A DNA stretch of 64,000 bases from Candidatus Limnocylindria bacterium (GTDB taxonomy: Bacteria > Chloroflexota > Limnocylindria > QHBO01), in contig JBBSML010000012.1 in NCBI GenBank assembly GCA_038233215.1, positions 1,751 to 65,750 of the forward strand. The letters run 5' to 3'. The position numbers were made by a program, and so were the translations under genes. The notes beneath the pieces were generated by a model. It was not told the DNA's origin. It saw only the letters and a program-made list of their open reading frames with translations, and did no database searches. Shown here piece by piece: positions 48,072 through 57,081 of the stretch (position 1 is its first letter; each line of letters starts with the position of its first letter).

Positions 48072-48482
48072 ACTTCGTCGAGCCTCCGCGAGGGTCTGGC
48101 CGAGAAGGCTGGTGAAGAGCGCCTCCGTGGCGTGATGCTCGCCCCGCATCGAGAGCGCGGCGGCGCCCGCGAACACTAGATTCTCGGCCTTGGGCTTGAT
48201 TCGGACGAAGGACGGCAGCCCGTAGCGGACGGCCAACCAGTTCGCCATGAAGCGGGCCGCCCGTCCGTTTCCGTTGGCGAACGGATAAATACGGATCCAT
48301 TCTCCGTGGGCGTAGGCGCAGAGCCGAACGATCGCCGCAACGTCGAGGTGCCGGGACGGCACACTCCCCGGTGGTATGGCGGCATCCAGGGCGCCGGTCA
48401 CGGCGGTGGCGGCACCGATGAAGCGATCAAGCGCATCGGGGACCTCCCTGACCGGCGTACCCGCCACGCCGCCGACGGTCAC
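47853..48482 (-). CDS. short Fic/Doc-superfamily protein with non-canonical active-site motif (YPFANGNGRAAR instead of HPFx[DE]GNGRxxR); 3' end uncertain, possibly a pseudogene
   Basis: LDVAAIVRLCAYAHGEWIRIYPFANGNGRAARFMANWLAVRYGLP matches the Fic core helix-loop pattern. GTG start. The ORF overlaps the convergent DUF192 gene by about 220 nt, so the true stop is probably earlier. Confidence 0.45.
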   Translation of the reverse strand: MTVGGVAGTPVREVPDALDRFIGAATAVTGALDAAIPPGSVPSRHLDVAAIVRLCAYAHGEWIRIYPFANGNGRAARFMANWLAVRYGLPSFVRIKPKAENLVFAGAAALSMRGEHHATEALFTSLLGQTLAEARRSLRADVDEPQLVTDLGAALGGRSRPQLQAVAGAARPPHDAPRLQVDYHLRDAAGLADEDGVDGVGHEEHVDRR

Positions 48483-48543
48483 CTCGTAGCCGATCAGGCA
48501 GCGGATCCGATATCACATGTCAAGATGTGACATCAGTCATCCC

Positions 48544-49191
48544 CTAGACCTCACGCGCCAGCGCGAAGCCGTACACCGCTGAGCAACCGGCCTGCCGCAG
48601 GACCGATGCGCACGCCTCCAGCGTCGCCGTGGTGGTGATGATGTCGTCCACCAGGATGGCCGTGAGCGGCACCGCCCCGGACGCCTGAAACGCGCCGCGC
48701 AGGTTCGCCAGGCGCGCCGTTCGGTTGAGCCGATGCTGCTTCGTCGTCGGTCGCACGCGCTCGAGCGCCAGAGCCATGGGAGTTCCGAGCCGGCGTGCGA
48801 TCAGCTCCGCCTGGTTGTAGCCGCGAGCCCGCTGACGTTCGCGGTGCAGCGGCACCGGTACGAGCACCGCGGGTCCCGTGGTGCGCAGCAAATTGTCCAA
48901 CGCCGGCGTGGCGGCCCGCGCCAGGATCGGCGCAAGGCGAGAGGCGCCTCCGTATTTCAGCGCCGCCAGGGCGCGGCGCATCGGTCCTTCGTACGCGAAC
49001 GCTGCCACGGCGAGGGCCAGCGCATCACCCACGACCACGCCGGCATCCGGGGCCAGGAAGCGATCTGCAGGCCGTGAAGGCACCTGCAACCCGTTCAGGC
49101 ACCGGGGACATAGCAGTGCGCCAACTCGGCCGCAGGCGGCGCACGCCGGCGGCATGAGGAGATCCAGCAGCGACACGATGGTCCCCAGCAT
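48544..49191 (-). CDS. comF: ComF-family protein (competence-associated phosphoribosyltransferase-like, N-terminal Cys4 zinc ribbon)
   Basis: CAACGRVGALLCPRCL...; PRTase loop ILVDDIITTTATLEACASVLRQAG. Confidence 0.75.
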   Translation of the reverse strand: MLGTIVSLLDLLMPPACAACGRVGALLCPRCLNGLQVPSRPADRFLAPDAGVVVGDALALAVAAFAYEGPMRRALAALKYGGASRLAPILARAATPALDNLLRTTGPAVLVPVPLHRERQRARGYNQAELIARRLGTPMALALERVRPTTKQHRLNRTARLANLRGAFQASGAVPLTAILVDDIITTTATLEACASVLRQAGCSAVYGFALAREV

Positions 49192-49531
49192 GCGTTGTGG
49201 CCATTACCGCGCGCGTACCGGGTACTTATCGCGGTGCTTGGCACTGGGTGCGCGGTCGGCGGACATCGGTCCTTATCAGGCTCGTGGCTGTCGCGTCTCG
49301 GGGCGTCCGGAACCGAAATTTGGCTGGGGCGCAAGCAACTACGAAGTTGGGCCCCGAAACCGTCCCCGATTTGCCGCACGTGCAAACCATGGGCCTGTTG
49401 GGGGTAGAAACGGGCGGATTCGGCCTCTTCTTCGTAGATACTTGCGCTGGGCGCAAACGGCGCGTAGTGGGCGCGCGGGTGTAGCCTAGAAGGCCATTCC
49501 CGACCACACACGCAGCGGAGGGCAGGGAAGA

Positions 49532-50110
49532 GTGAAGACGAACCTGACGGCCCGCAACCTGGAGCTGAGTGACCTGCTCCGAGAGCAGATCGAGCACAAG
49601 CTCCAGCGGCTCGACCGCATCACGCATGACCTTGCAGAAGCCGATGTCGAGCTGATCGCCAAGGCCTCCCACGCGGCGGACAGCGCACAGGTCGCGGAGG
49701 TCACGCTGCGTAACAACGGCGACGTCCTGCGCTCAACGGCGGCCGGTCCCACGCCCATGGCCGCACTCGACATCGTGGTCGACAGGCTCGAGCGCCAGGT
49801 GGTTCGTCACAAGGAGCGGCCGCGCAGCGTGAGGGAACGCCATGCGGACGAGGTCGAATCCGTCCTGGAACGAGAAGCGCTCGGAACGATCGAGCCTGAT
49901 GAGGCTCCAGCTCCATCGGTCGTGAAGCTCAAGCGCTTCGACATGCAGCCGATGTTCTCCGAAGACGCCATCGCGCAGATGGAAGAGCTTGGCCACGCCT
50001 TTTTCGTGTTCCTGGACGCGGAGACCGATGGGGTCGCAGTGCTGTATCGGCGCAGGAACGGGTCGTACGGGCTGATCGAGCCGGTTCTCGGCAACGGGAA
50101 ATCGCGCTGA
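49532..50110 (+). CDS. hpf: ribosome hibernation promoting factor, long form
   Basis: MKTNLTARNLELSDLLREQIEHKLQRL...; C-terminal dimerisation domain HAFFVFLDAETDGVAVLYRRRNGSYGLIEP. Confidence 0.85.
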   Translation: MKTNLTARNLELSDLLREQIEHKLQRLDRITHDLAEADVELIAKASHAADSAQVAEVTLRNNGDVLRSTAAGPTPMAALDIVVDRLERQVVRHKERPRSVRERHADEVESVLEREALGTIEPDEAPAPSVVKLKRFDMQPMFSEDAIAQMEELGHAFFVFLDAETDGVAVLYRRRNGSYGLIEPVLGNGKSR

Positions 50111-50125
50111 GGCTCGCGCCGTCGA

Positions 50126-50262
50126 TCAGAAGATGGCCGGCAGAATCAGCAGCGCCGCCACGACTCCGATCAGCGCCACGAAGAAGACGAGCAGCCCCAC
50201 GCCAAGGAGGTCGGTCGTCGGCGTCTGCGGTTCGGGCGATCCCGTCGGGTCATCAGGCATGG
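50126..50262 (-). CDS. possible 45-aa single-TM peptide
   Basis: MPDDPTGSPEPQTPTTDLLGVGLLVFFVALIGVVAALLILPAIF; weak, supported only by hydrophobicity. Confidence 0.2.
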
Positions 50263-50324
50263 CGCGCACCCTAGCACGGCCCGAGCCCCGACGGCGCCTG
50301 ACGTGGCCGGCCTCCGCTCCGCGA

Positions 50325-51248
50325 GTGGGCCTGCACATCGGCGTGGCGAACGGGCTGATGCGGGCGGCGCGCCGGTCTCGCCAGATTGGCGCACAGGCGC
50401 TCCAGATCTTCAGCGACAACCCCACCGCCTGGCGTCGCCGTCCCGAACCACTTCCCGACGCCCCGGAGTTCATCACCTACTGCTCCCGCGAGGGAATCGC
50501 GCCGATCTCGATCCACGCCTCCTACCTCATCAATCTCGCCGGCTCCGCCGAGCCCTTCGCCACGCAATCCCGCGCCGGCCTGATCTTCGAGATGCAGCGT
50601 GCCCCGATATACGGGGCGACGCTGGTCAACACCCATATCGGGTCGCATCGGGGGGTCGGCGCGGACGTCGGCCTGCGACAGATCGTGGAGTCGGTGCGCG
50701 CCGTCCTGGAAGCCTCGCCGCCATCGGTCCGGCTGGTGCTCGAGAACTCGGCGGGCGGCGGGGATCTCCTCGGCTCTCGGGTGGAGGAGCTGGCGGCCAT
50801 CCTGGAGGGAGTGGGGTCCGTGGCCGGGGCGGATCGGCTCGCGTTCTGCCTCGACACCGCGCACCTGTGGGGTGCCGGCTATGACATTGCTTCCGTTGCG
50901 GGGACGGGTGCCGTGGTCGATCGGTTCGATGAGCTGATCGGGCTGGACCGCCTGGCCCTGGTCCACCTGAATGACTCGCGATCGTCACTGGGCTCGCGGA
51001 CGGATCGCCACGAGCACGTGGGGGCGGGGCAGATCGGTCCTGTGGGTTTGGGTGCGTTTCTGCGCGATCCGCGGTTGGCGCGGCTGGCGTTCATCATGGA
51101 GACACCGGGCGGAGACGAGGGCTACGACGCCGTCAACCTGCGACGCGCGTTTCAGCTGTGGGGTGGCGCCGATGCTCTGCCGGTGTTGCCGCCGAAGGCC
51201 TTTCGAACCAACCGCCGGTCCACGCGGATGGGGCCTCGGGTGGATTAG
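50325..51248 (+). CDS. nfo: endonuclease IV (AP endonuclease family 2, TIM barrel)
   Basis: GTG start (VGLHIGVANGL). IHASYLINLAG, LVLENSAGGG, CLDTAHLWGAGYD, HLNDS. Confidence 0.8.
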   Translation: MGLHIGVANGLMRAARRSRQIGAQALQIFSDNPTAWRRRPEPLPDAPEFITYCSREGIAPISIHASYLINLAGSAEPFATQSRAGLIFEMQRAPIYGATLVNTHIGSHRGVGADVGLRQIVESVRAVLEASPPSVRLVLENSAGGGDLLGSRVEELAAILEGVGSVAGADRLAFCLDTAHLWGAGYDIASVAGTGAVVDRFDELIGLDRLALVHLNDSRSSLGSRTDRHEHVGAGQIGPVGLGAFLRDPRLARLAFIMETPGGDEGYDAVNLRRAFQLWGGADALPVLPPKAFRTNRRSTRMGPRVD

Positions 51249-51477
51249 CTGGGGCGAACTGAGCGCCGAGCCGCGCTCTTGGACAAATGCCGCGTGCGTG
51301 GTCATTAGCCGATAGATCGGGCGGGGTGCGGCCATATCCACGCTCAGCGTCACGAGTCACGAAGGCTGTTCTCGCGCTAATGCTCACCTTGGCGGCAAAA
51401 GACCGAACGGGTGGATCGGCGCGGTCAGAGGCTCACCATGACGGCAGATGACCGAAACGCGCGCCCCGCACACCGAG
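51249..51477. repeat. repeated intergenic element family L, copy 1 (forward B-type core at 51281-51313, reverse A-type core at 51431-51462)
   Basis: ggacaaatgccgcgtgcgtggtcattagccg, and gctcaccatgacggcagatgaccgaaacgcg, which is the reverse complement of the L2/L3 core. Confidence 0.6.
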
Positions 51478-51930
51478 TTAGCGCCCGTTTGAATACCCGT
51501 TCGAGGCCGGGTGCGACCCGTTTCCGGTGCCATTGCCCGTGCCGTTGGTGTGGTTGCGTCGTGAGCGGACAGCGATATATGCCTGCATCAACTCGCGAAC
51601 ATCCGCCTCGGTGAGGGAGTCATCACCGCGCAGGGCGTGCTCAACGCGAGTCGCGGGCATGACCACGCGGGAGCTCACTGCGGAGAAGTAGGCGGGACCA
51701 TCGGCCTCATCGTGGATCTCGCGGAGGCCGCGGGCGAGCTTGGTGGCCGTGCCCAGCGACGGCATCCGGTCACCCTTGATCAACCGGGAGATCGTGGAAT
51801 GATCCACGCCCGACTGGAGCGCCAAGTGGCGCTGGCTCATCTTCTTTTCCTTCAGCTGGCCACGCAGCCAGGCGTTGAAGGATCGCGGCGTCTGCAGCGT
51901 CATCTGCGACCTATATGCGCTGTACGCCAT
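51478..51930 (-). CDS. XRE-family helix-turn-helix transcriptional regulator with N/G/T-repeat C-terminal tail
   Basis: LRGQLKEKKMSQRHLALQSGVDHSTISRLIKGDRMPSL; tail NHTNGTGNGTGNGSHPASNGYSNGR. The long ORF extension to 53130 is rejected. Confidence 0.6.
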   Translation of the reverse strand: MAYSAYRSQMTLQTPRSFNAWLRGQLKEKKMSQRHLALQSGVDHSTISRLIKGDRMPSLGTATKLARGLREIHDEADGPAYFSAVSSRVVMPATRVEHALRGDDSLTEADVRELMQAYIAVRSRRNHTNGTGNGTGNGSHPASNGYSNGR

Positions 51931-52035
51931 CGGTACGGGTGTGCCGATGGTGCATACGAGCAACCGCAGCATCCATTGTGGACGGCTCCGCCTCAATAGG
52001 AGGAAGGTACCGCGCCTCTTGGCGACCCCTGCGAG

Positions 52036-52216
52036 TTGCATCAGGTGCACGTAACGACGAAGAAGGGACCTGATCGGCCCACATTTGGGCCATGGTTTGC
52101 ACGTCACGCACATCCAGGACCGTCTGGGGCCGAATCGAGCCACAACGTGGTCGTTACGTGCACCCAGCGCAAAACCGAGCCACAACGTGGTCGTTACATG
52201 CGCCCAGCGCAAAACC
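52036..52216. repeat. inverted-repeat element family T, copy A: GGTGCACGTAACGAC (52044-52058) and its reverse complement (52150-52164) about 90 bp apart; the second arm is tandemly duplicated as a 40-bp unit (52137-52176, 52177-52216; 2 mismatches)
   Basis: Seen directly; lies upstream of the XRE regulator gene. Confidence 0.6.
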
Positions 52217-52244
52217 GCGGCCCAGAAGGAACAGAAGACCCGGG

Positions 52245-53306
52245 TTAGCCGGGGGAGACCACCCTGGCTCCATGGGCGCGCCGGACTTTTTGGCTGAAGG
52301 CGTAGAGGATGCCGCCCAGGATGATGACCGTCACGATCGTCAGGCCCCGGTCCACGAGGGCGACCGCGGCGGCAGGTTCCTCGGGAACGCCGTACAGGAA
52401 TAGGACGCCGATGATGCCGGCCTCCACGAAGCCGAAGCCCGCGGGCGTCAAGGGAATGGCAGTCAGGAGGGCGGCCGCAAGGGCCACGAAGACCGATGCG
52501 CTGATTCCGAGACCCACCTCCGGCAGGTCCAGCGCACGGATGACGAAGTACAGGCGCGCGCCCTCCAGCACCCAGATGCCGACGGTCAGCGCCAGGACGA
52601 CCGGGGCGCTGCGGGCCGACAACGCCCCGGTGCTGCCTTCCTGGAATCGAATCCACAGTTCGCCGATGCGAGCCGGCAGCCAGCGCCCGATGCGCGCGCC
52701 GTACAGTCGCAGCCCGGCCAGCATCAGGATGAGCGTGATGGCCAGCACGAAGCCGATGACAAAGAGTGTGTCGATCTCCGGGCGAGATCGACCCCGGAAG
52801 GACCAGAAGCCGGCGGTCAGTGCCAGTACGGCGATGACGATGATATCGGCGATCCGCTCGATGAAGACCGTCCCCACCGTCCGGGAGATGGAGGCGGCGT
52901 AGTTCGCACGCAGCAGGTACGCCCGATACAGGTCGCCCAGCTTGGCCGGCACCAGGCAGTTGACGAACCACGAGAGGAACAGGATCTCGGTCGCGTCGCG
53001 GAAGCGGACCGGCATGGCGCTGCGCCCCAGGACGTAGCGCCATCGGAAGCCGCGCAGCGGGAAGGTCGCGTAGTACGCAAGGAACGCGAGGCCCAGGAAT
53101 CCGACGTCCGCCTGTCCGACCAGGCGCCACACGAGGCCCCAGTTGAAGTCGTCGCCAAAAATGACGCGCGAGAGGAAGTAGAGGAGGAGAAGGCCGAACA
53201 CCAGCGAGCCGATCGTCCGCACGTTCAAGATTCGGCTGCGGAGCGAAACCTGGTCGGCCGTGAACTCGTCGGCGTTGCGCTCCGAATCTGCTATCGGCTC
53301 ACCCAT
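52245..53306 (-). CDS. lysylphosphatidylglycerol-synthase-TM-region-like (UPF0104/flippase-like) membrane protein
   Basis: 8 TM helices; LSWFVNCLVPAKLGDLYRAYLL; start MGEPIADSE. Confidence 0.6.
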   Translation of the reverse strand: MGEPIADSERNADEFTADQVSLRSRILNVRTIGSLVFGLLLLYFLSRVIFGDDFNWGLVWRLVGQADVGFLGLAFLAYYATFPLRGFRWRYVLGRSAMPVRFRDATEILFLSWFVNCLVPAKLGDLYRAYLLRANYAASISRTVGTVFIERIADIIVIAVLALTAGFWSFRGRSRPEIDTLFVIGFVLAITLILMLAGLRLYGARIGRWLPARIGELWIRFQEGSTGALSARSAPVVLALTVGIWVLEGARLYFVIRALDLPEVGLGISASVFVALAAALLTAIPLTPAGFGFVEAGIIGVLFLYGVPEEPAAAVALVDRGLTIVTVIILGGILYAFSQKVRRAHGARVVSPG

Positions 53307-54183
53307 CCGTATCGGGCTCTTTGGAGGGCAGGTCGGCGCTGGTCGGGCGCTTGACGGGCTCCTGACGCACGACCTCCGGCTCCTGCGGACCCAGGATCGG
53401 GCCGGTAGCGGTGCGCTTGCCGCGCCATCCGTCGAACGAGTTCTTCCAGACTGCCCAGCGCGTGGTGGCGTGAATGAGGACAGTGGACCGACTGGCATGC
53501 CAGTCGTTATCGGGCAGCAGGATCTTCAGCTGCTCGGCGGTTTCGAACGCGGGGAGGGCGTTGAAGGCCATCGCCACCTCGAAGCGCGAATGGGAGTCGG
53601 AGGCCGCGATACCGGGAATCCCGTAGCGGTGCGCGAATTCGGCTGCCTCGAGGTTGTGGCGCTGGAGCGCGACGCGACAGTTGAAGACCTCGATCATGTC
53701 GATCTTGCCGGTGTCCGCGAGGTTGCGCAGCGGACCGTCCCGGATGTGCGAGCCGCGGAATGGATCGAACGGGTGCGGGATGCTGACGAGGCCACCTTGC
53801 CGATGGATCTCATCCGCGGTCTCCTTGGCGCTGAGACCGCGCGGGATGGTCCTGGTCAGGAAGATGCCGACCACCTCTCCGTCCGCGGTCGAGACCTCCT
53901 CGCCCAGGATGACGGTGAGCTCGTCCTCCAGGCCCAGCTCGCGCACCTTGTCGCGTACCGCAATCGCCCCTTCCACGTTGTTGTGATTCGTGACCGCGAC
54001 GTGCGTCAGGCCGCGTTCGATCGCGGTCCTGATGAACCTCTCCTCGGGCAGGATCGAGTCACGACTGAACCGGGTGTGAATGTGGAAATCCACGAAGACC
54101 CGGTCCATCCGCGGCTTGCCCGTTCCTTCCCGCTGCTGCATGAGCGAGGCGCGAAGGTCGCCCGCGGATGCAGCGATGGTCAC
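53299..54183 (-). CDS. PHP-domain metal-dependent phosphoesterase
   Basis: FVDFHIHTRFSRDS...HVAVTNHNN...SIPHPFD. Confidence 0.65.
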   Translation of the reverse strand: MTIAASAGDLRASLMQQREGTGKPRMDRVFVDFHIHTRFSRDSILPEERFIRTAIERGLTHVAVTNHNNVEGAIAVRDKVRELGLEDELTVILGEEVSTADGEVVGIFLTRTIPRGLSAKETADEIHRQGGLVSIPHPFDPFRGSHIRDGPLRNLADTGKIDMIEVFNCRVALQRHNLEAAEFAHRYGIPGIAASDSHSRFEVAMAFNALPAFETAEQLKILLPDNDWHASRSTVLIHATTRWAVWKNSFDGWRGKRTATGPILGPQEPEVVRQEPVKRPTSADLPSKEPDTDG

Positions 54184-54190
54184 GGGTGAC

Positions 54191-55186
54191 TCACGAGTGG
54201 CTCACCAGGCTCTTGCGATACGCGCCGAAGTGCTCCAGCGCCATGCCGGTGCCCACGGCGACGCTGTTCAGCGCGTTCTCCGCGACGTGGCACGGGATGC
54301 CGGTCACCTGCGTCAGCAGCTTGTCGAGGTTCCTGAGCAGTGAACCGCCGCCGGTCATGACCATCCCCTTGTCGATGATGTCGGAGCTCAGCTCGGGCGG
54401 CGTCTGCTCGAGCACGTTGCGGACCGCGGTGATGATCGCCTGGAGCGGCTGCTCGATCGCCTCGGTGACCTCCGTGGAGCTGATCGGAATCGTGCGGGGC
54501 AGGCCCGCGATCATGTCGCGGCCCTTGACCTCCATCCTGAGTGGCTCGTCCATCGGCAAAGCGGATCCGATCTGGATCTTCACCTCCTCCGCCGTCCGGT
54601 CGCCGATCATGAGGTTGTACTTGCGCCGGATGTAGTTCGCGATCGTCTCGTCGAAGCGGTTGCCGCCGACCCGCAGGGACTCGGAGACGACGATCCCACC
54701 CAGCGCGATCACCGCGACCTCGCTGGTTCCTCCACCGATATCGATGATCATGTTTCCGCTCGGTCCCGAGATGGGGACGTTTGCGCCGATGGCCGCCGCC
54801 AGCGGCTCTTCAATCAGATACGCATCCTTCGCGCCGGCCTTGAGGGCAGCGTCCCGGACGGCCCGTTTCTCGACGCTGGTGACCCCGGAAGGGACGCTGA
54901 TCATCACGTCTGGTTTGAAGAGGCGCACGCGGGCAACTTTGTTGATCACGTAGCGCAGCATCGCTTCGGTGATGAGGTAGTCGGCGATGACGCCGTCTCT
55001 CATCGGGCGGATCGCCCGGACATTGCCGGGGGTGCGGCCGATCATCTCTCTCGCTTCTTCGCCGACGGCGACGAGGCGGTTGTCATCCTCACTGATGGCC
55101 ACCACGCTCGGTTCGTTCAGCACGACGCCCTTGCCCTTGACGTACACGAGGATATTGGCGGTGCCGAGGTCAATGCCGATCTTCAT
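54191..55186 (-). CDS. mreB: rod shape-determining actin homolog MreB
   Basis: [30 protein letters not shown]...[11 protein letters not shown]. Confidence 0.9.
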   Translation of the reverse strand: MKIGIDLGTANILVYVKGKGVVLNEPSVVAISEDDNRLVAVGEEAREMIGRTPGNVRAIRPMRDGVIADYLITEAMLRYVINKVARVRLFKPDVMISVPSGVTSVEKRAVRDAALKAGAKDAYLIEEPLAAAIGANVPISGPSGNMIIDIGGGTSEVAVIALGGIVVSESLRVGGNRFDETIANYIRRKYNLMIGDRTAEEVKIQIGSALPMDEPLRMEVKGRDMIAGLPRTIPISSTEVTEAIEQPLQAIITAVRNVLEQTPPELSSDIIDKGMVMTGGGSLLRNLDKLLTQVTGIPCHVAENALNSVAVGTGMALEHFGAYRKSLVSHS

Positions 55187-55450
55187 GCGTTCATGCGTGC
55201 GCTATCGGTCCAATTCGAGCGTGTGGGGAGCCCGCAGTATACCGACACCGCTCCCAGGGTCCGGTGGGGGCTCGCGTGTAGACATTTGCCCGTCATGGCG
55301 GCATGTGTCCGCATGGGGGTGCGCGTTCGGTCATCTGCCGTGATGGTGGGCAATAGCCGAGGTTCTGGGCTGCATGCGGCCGGATTCACGCTCCCGTCCT
55401 CGGTGGCTTCGGGTTCGTTCCGCGGCTAATGCCCGCCATGGCGTCATCTG
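55187..55450. repeat. repeated intergenic element family L, copy 2
   Basis: Core GCGTTCGGTCATCTGCCGTGATGGTGGGCAATAGCCG (55323-55359) plus CGGCTAATGCCCGCCATGG, both shared with copy 3. Confidence 0.6.
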
Positions 55451-56194
55451 TCACAACGGTGACGCGTGCCGGCCAGCCACTCCGCCCCTGACGCGCTGCG
55501 CTGGGCTCCCGGGGCCACCGGTGGCTGGCAGGCTGACGAACCACAACGCTCCGCTGGGGCTGACCGCCGGGCGCCGAAGCCACGAGATGCATGTCCGACC
55601 GCGAAGACTGAACCGATCAAAGAGGGTATCGAGGTTCGCGATCCGGCGCCGAATGGTGCGGTCATCGGCCATCACGATGGCGGGGACGACGGCCCGAACC
55701 TCCCAACCGAGTTCGCCGGCCACGTGTCGGGCCAGCCGTGTCTTCACGTCGAGCGAACCGAGCAGTGCCTGGACATCGACGAGGTCGGTCTTGATCTCGA
55801 TCACCAGCAGCGTGCCGGTCATTGGATGCCACGCAAGAAGATCGATCCTGCCGCGCTCGCCATATCGGCTGTAACTGACCTCCACCCGAACGATCCAGCC
55901 CCAGCGCTCGAGGCGGCGCTTGACGCGGGCACCAAGGACTGCATGACCGGCGTCGAGAAGCCGATCCAGCTCTGGCCCGTTCCAGAACATCCGCACGTCG
56001 AGCCGGGCGCCCAATGCGCCGATGATCGCCTCGACGGCGGCCATCTTCAGACGCCGCGCCTGCCCGCGTTCGAGCGACGAGACGGCTTGCCGGCTTACTC
56101 CGGCTCGGGTGGCCAGCACCGTCTGGGTCAGTGCCTGACGTACCCGGAGCATCCGAGCGAGCCGGCCAAGCCGCTCCGCATTCACGTTCCTCAT
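55451..56194 (-). CDS. XRE-type HTH protein fused to a PD-(D/E)XK nuclease-like domain
   Basis: HTH LTQTVLATRAGVSRQAVSSLERG. Restriction-endonuclease-like core GRIDLLAWHPMTGTLLVIEIKT (D...E.K). The C-terminal about 40 codons run through repeat element L2. Confidence 0.5.
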   Translation of the reverse strand: MRNVNAERLGRLARMLRVRQALTQTVLATRAGVSRQAVSSLERGQARRLKMAAVEAIIGALGARLDVRMFWNGPELDRLLDAGHAVLGARVKRRLERWGWIVRVEVSYSRYGERGRIDLLAWHPMTGTLLVIEIKTDLVDVQALLGSLDVKTRLARHVAGELGWEVRAVVPAIVMADDRTIRRRIANLDTLFDRFSLRGRTCISWLRRPAVSPSGALWFVSLPATGGPGSPAQRVRGGVAGRHASPL

Positions 56195-56259
56195 GATGGA
56201 CGGGGACGCTTACCGCGTGATTACCGGCCGCTTACCGGCGAGCGGATCACAATGGACAG

Positions 56260-57081
56260 ATGCCTGAAGGCGACACGATCTTCCGTACCGCCGAGGTGCT
56301 GCGTGCCGCGCTGGTTGGTCGACGAATCACGGCAGCGCGCGCGCAGCCCCGGCCAGGCTTGCGGCGGGTGCCGGACCTGTCGCGGCTGATCGGCGCAACG
56401 GTGGCAAACGTTGAAGCGCGCGGCAAGCATCTGCTCATCGGCTTCGATAACGGGTTGACAGTGCGCAGCCATCTGCGCATGAGCGGGTCATGGCACCGAT
56501 ATCGCGCCGGCGAGCCATGGAGCCGTCCGCTGCGCCAGGCCAGCGCCATCCTCGAAACATCGGAGTCCGTGGCGGTGGCCTTCAACACTCCCGTCGTGGA
56601 ACTGTTGACGGAGTCCGATCTTCGCCGGTCCCGGGCGTTGACCACGCTCGGGCCGGACCTGCTTTCAAGCGTCTTTGACGTTGACGAGGCGATGCGGCGA
56701 CTTCGAGAACGCGACGGCCACGAACTAGGGAATGTCCTGCTCGACCAGCGAGCGGTGGCGGGAATCGGAAACGTCTACAAGAGCGAGGTCGCGTTCCTCG
56801 AGGGCCTGGATCCGTGGGGGCCGATCGCAGCCTTCGAGGATTCGGAGCTGATCAATGCCCTCCGCACCGCCCGGCGGCTGCTCCAGGCGAATACCAGGGG
56901 CGGAGCACGGATCACCACCGGAAGCCCCGTCCGCGGCCAGGCACTCTGGGTCTACGGTCGGGCGGGCCGTCCATGTCGCCGATGCGGAACGCAGATCCAG
57001 GTTCGCCGTCAAGGGGAGCTCGCTCGACAGACGTACTGGTGTCCCCACTGTCAGCCGCACCGCAAACGCCCCGTCATGTGA
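56260..57081 (+). CDS. nei: Fpg/Nei-family DNA glycosylase (endonuclease VIII-like)
   Basis: MPEGDTIFR N-terminal Pro/Glu catalytic dyad; H2TH; C-terminal zinc finger CRRCG...CPHCQ. Confidence 0.8.
   Translation: MPEGDTIFRTAEVLRAALVGRRITAARAQPRPGLRRVPDLSRLIGATVANVEARGKHLLIGFDNGLTVRSHLRMSGSWHRYRAGEPWSRPLRQASAILETSESVAVAFNTPVVELLTESDLRRSRALTTLGPDLLSSVFDVDEAMRRLRERDGHELGNVLLDQRAVAGIGNVYKSEVAFLEGLDPWGPIAAFEDSELINALRTARRLLQANTRGGARITTGSPVRGQALWVYGRAGRPCRRCGTQIQVRRQGELARQTYWCPHCQPHRKRPVM

Noticed and set aside
52137-52216. Possible CRISPR array
   Set aside because: Only two 40-bp tandem units with no spacers, and no cas genes. Treated as a local tandem duplication of a repeat-element arm.
51931-53130. 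N-terminal 400 aa of the 550-aa minus-strand ORF 51478..53130
   Set aside because: Only the C-terminal 150 aa is a recognisable XRE HTH protein. The upstream part is Arg/Pro/Gly-rich, and overlaps on the same strand in another frame the well-supported 8-TM UPF0104 gene (52245..53306), so the extension is a stop-free GC-rich frame artefact.
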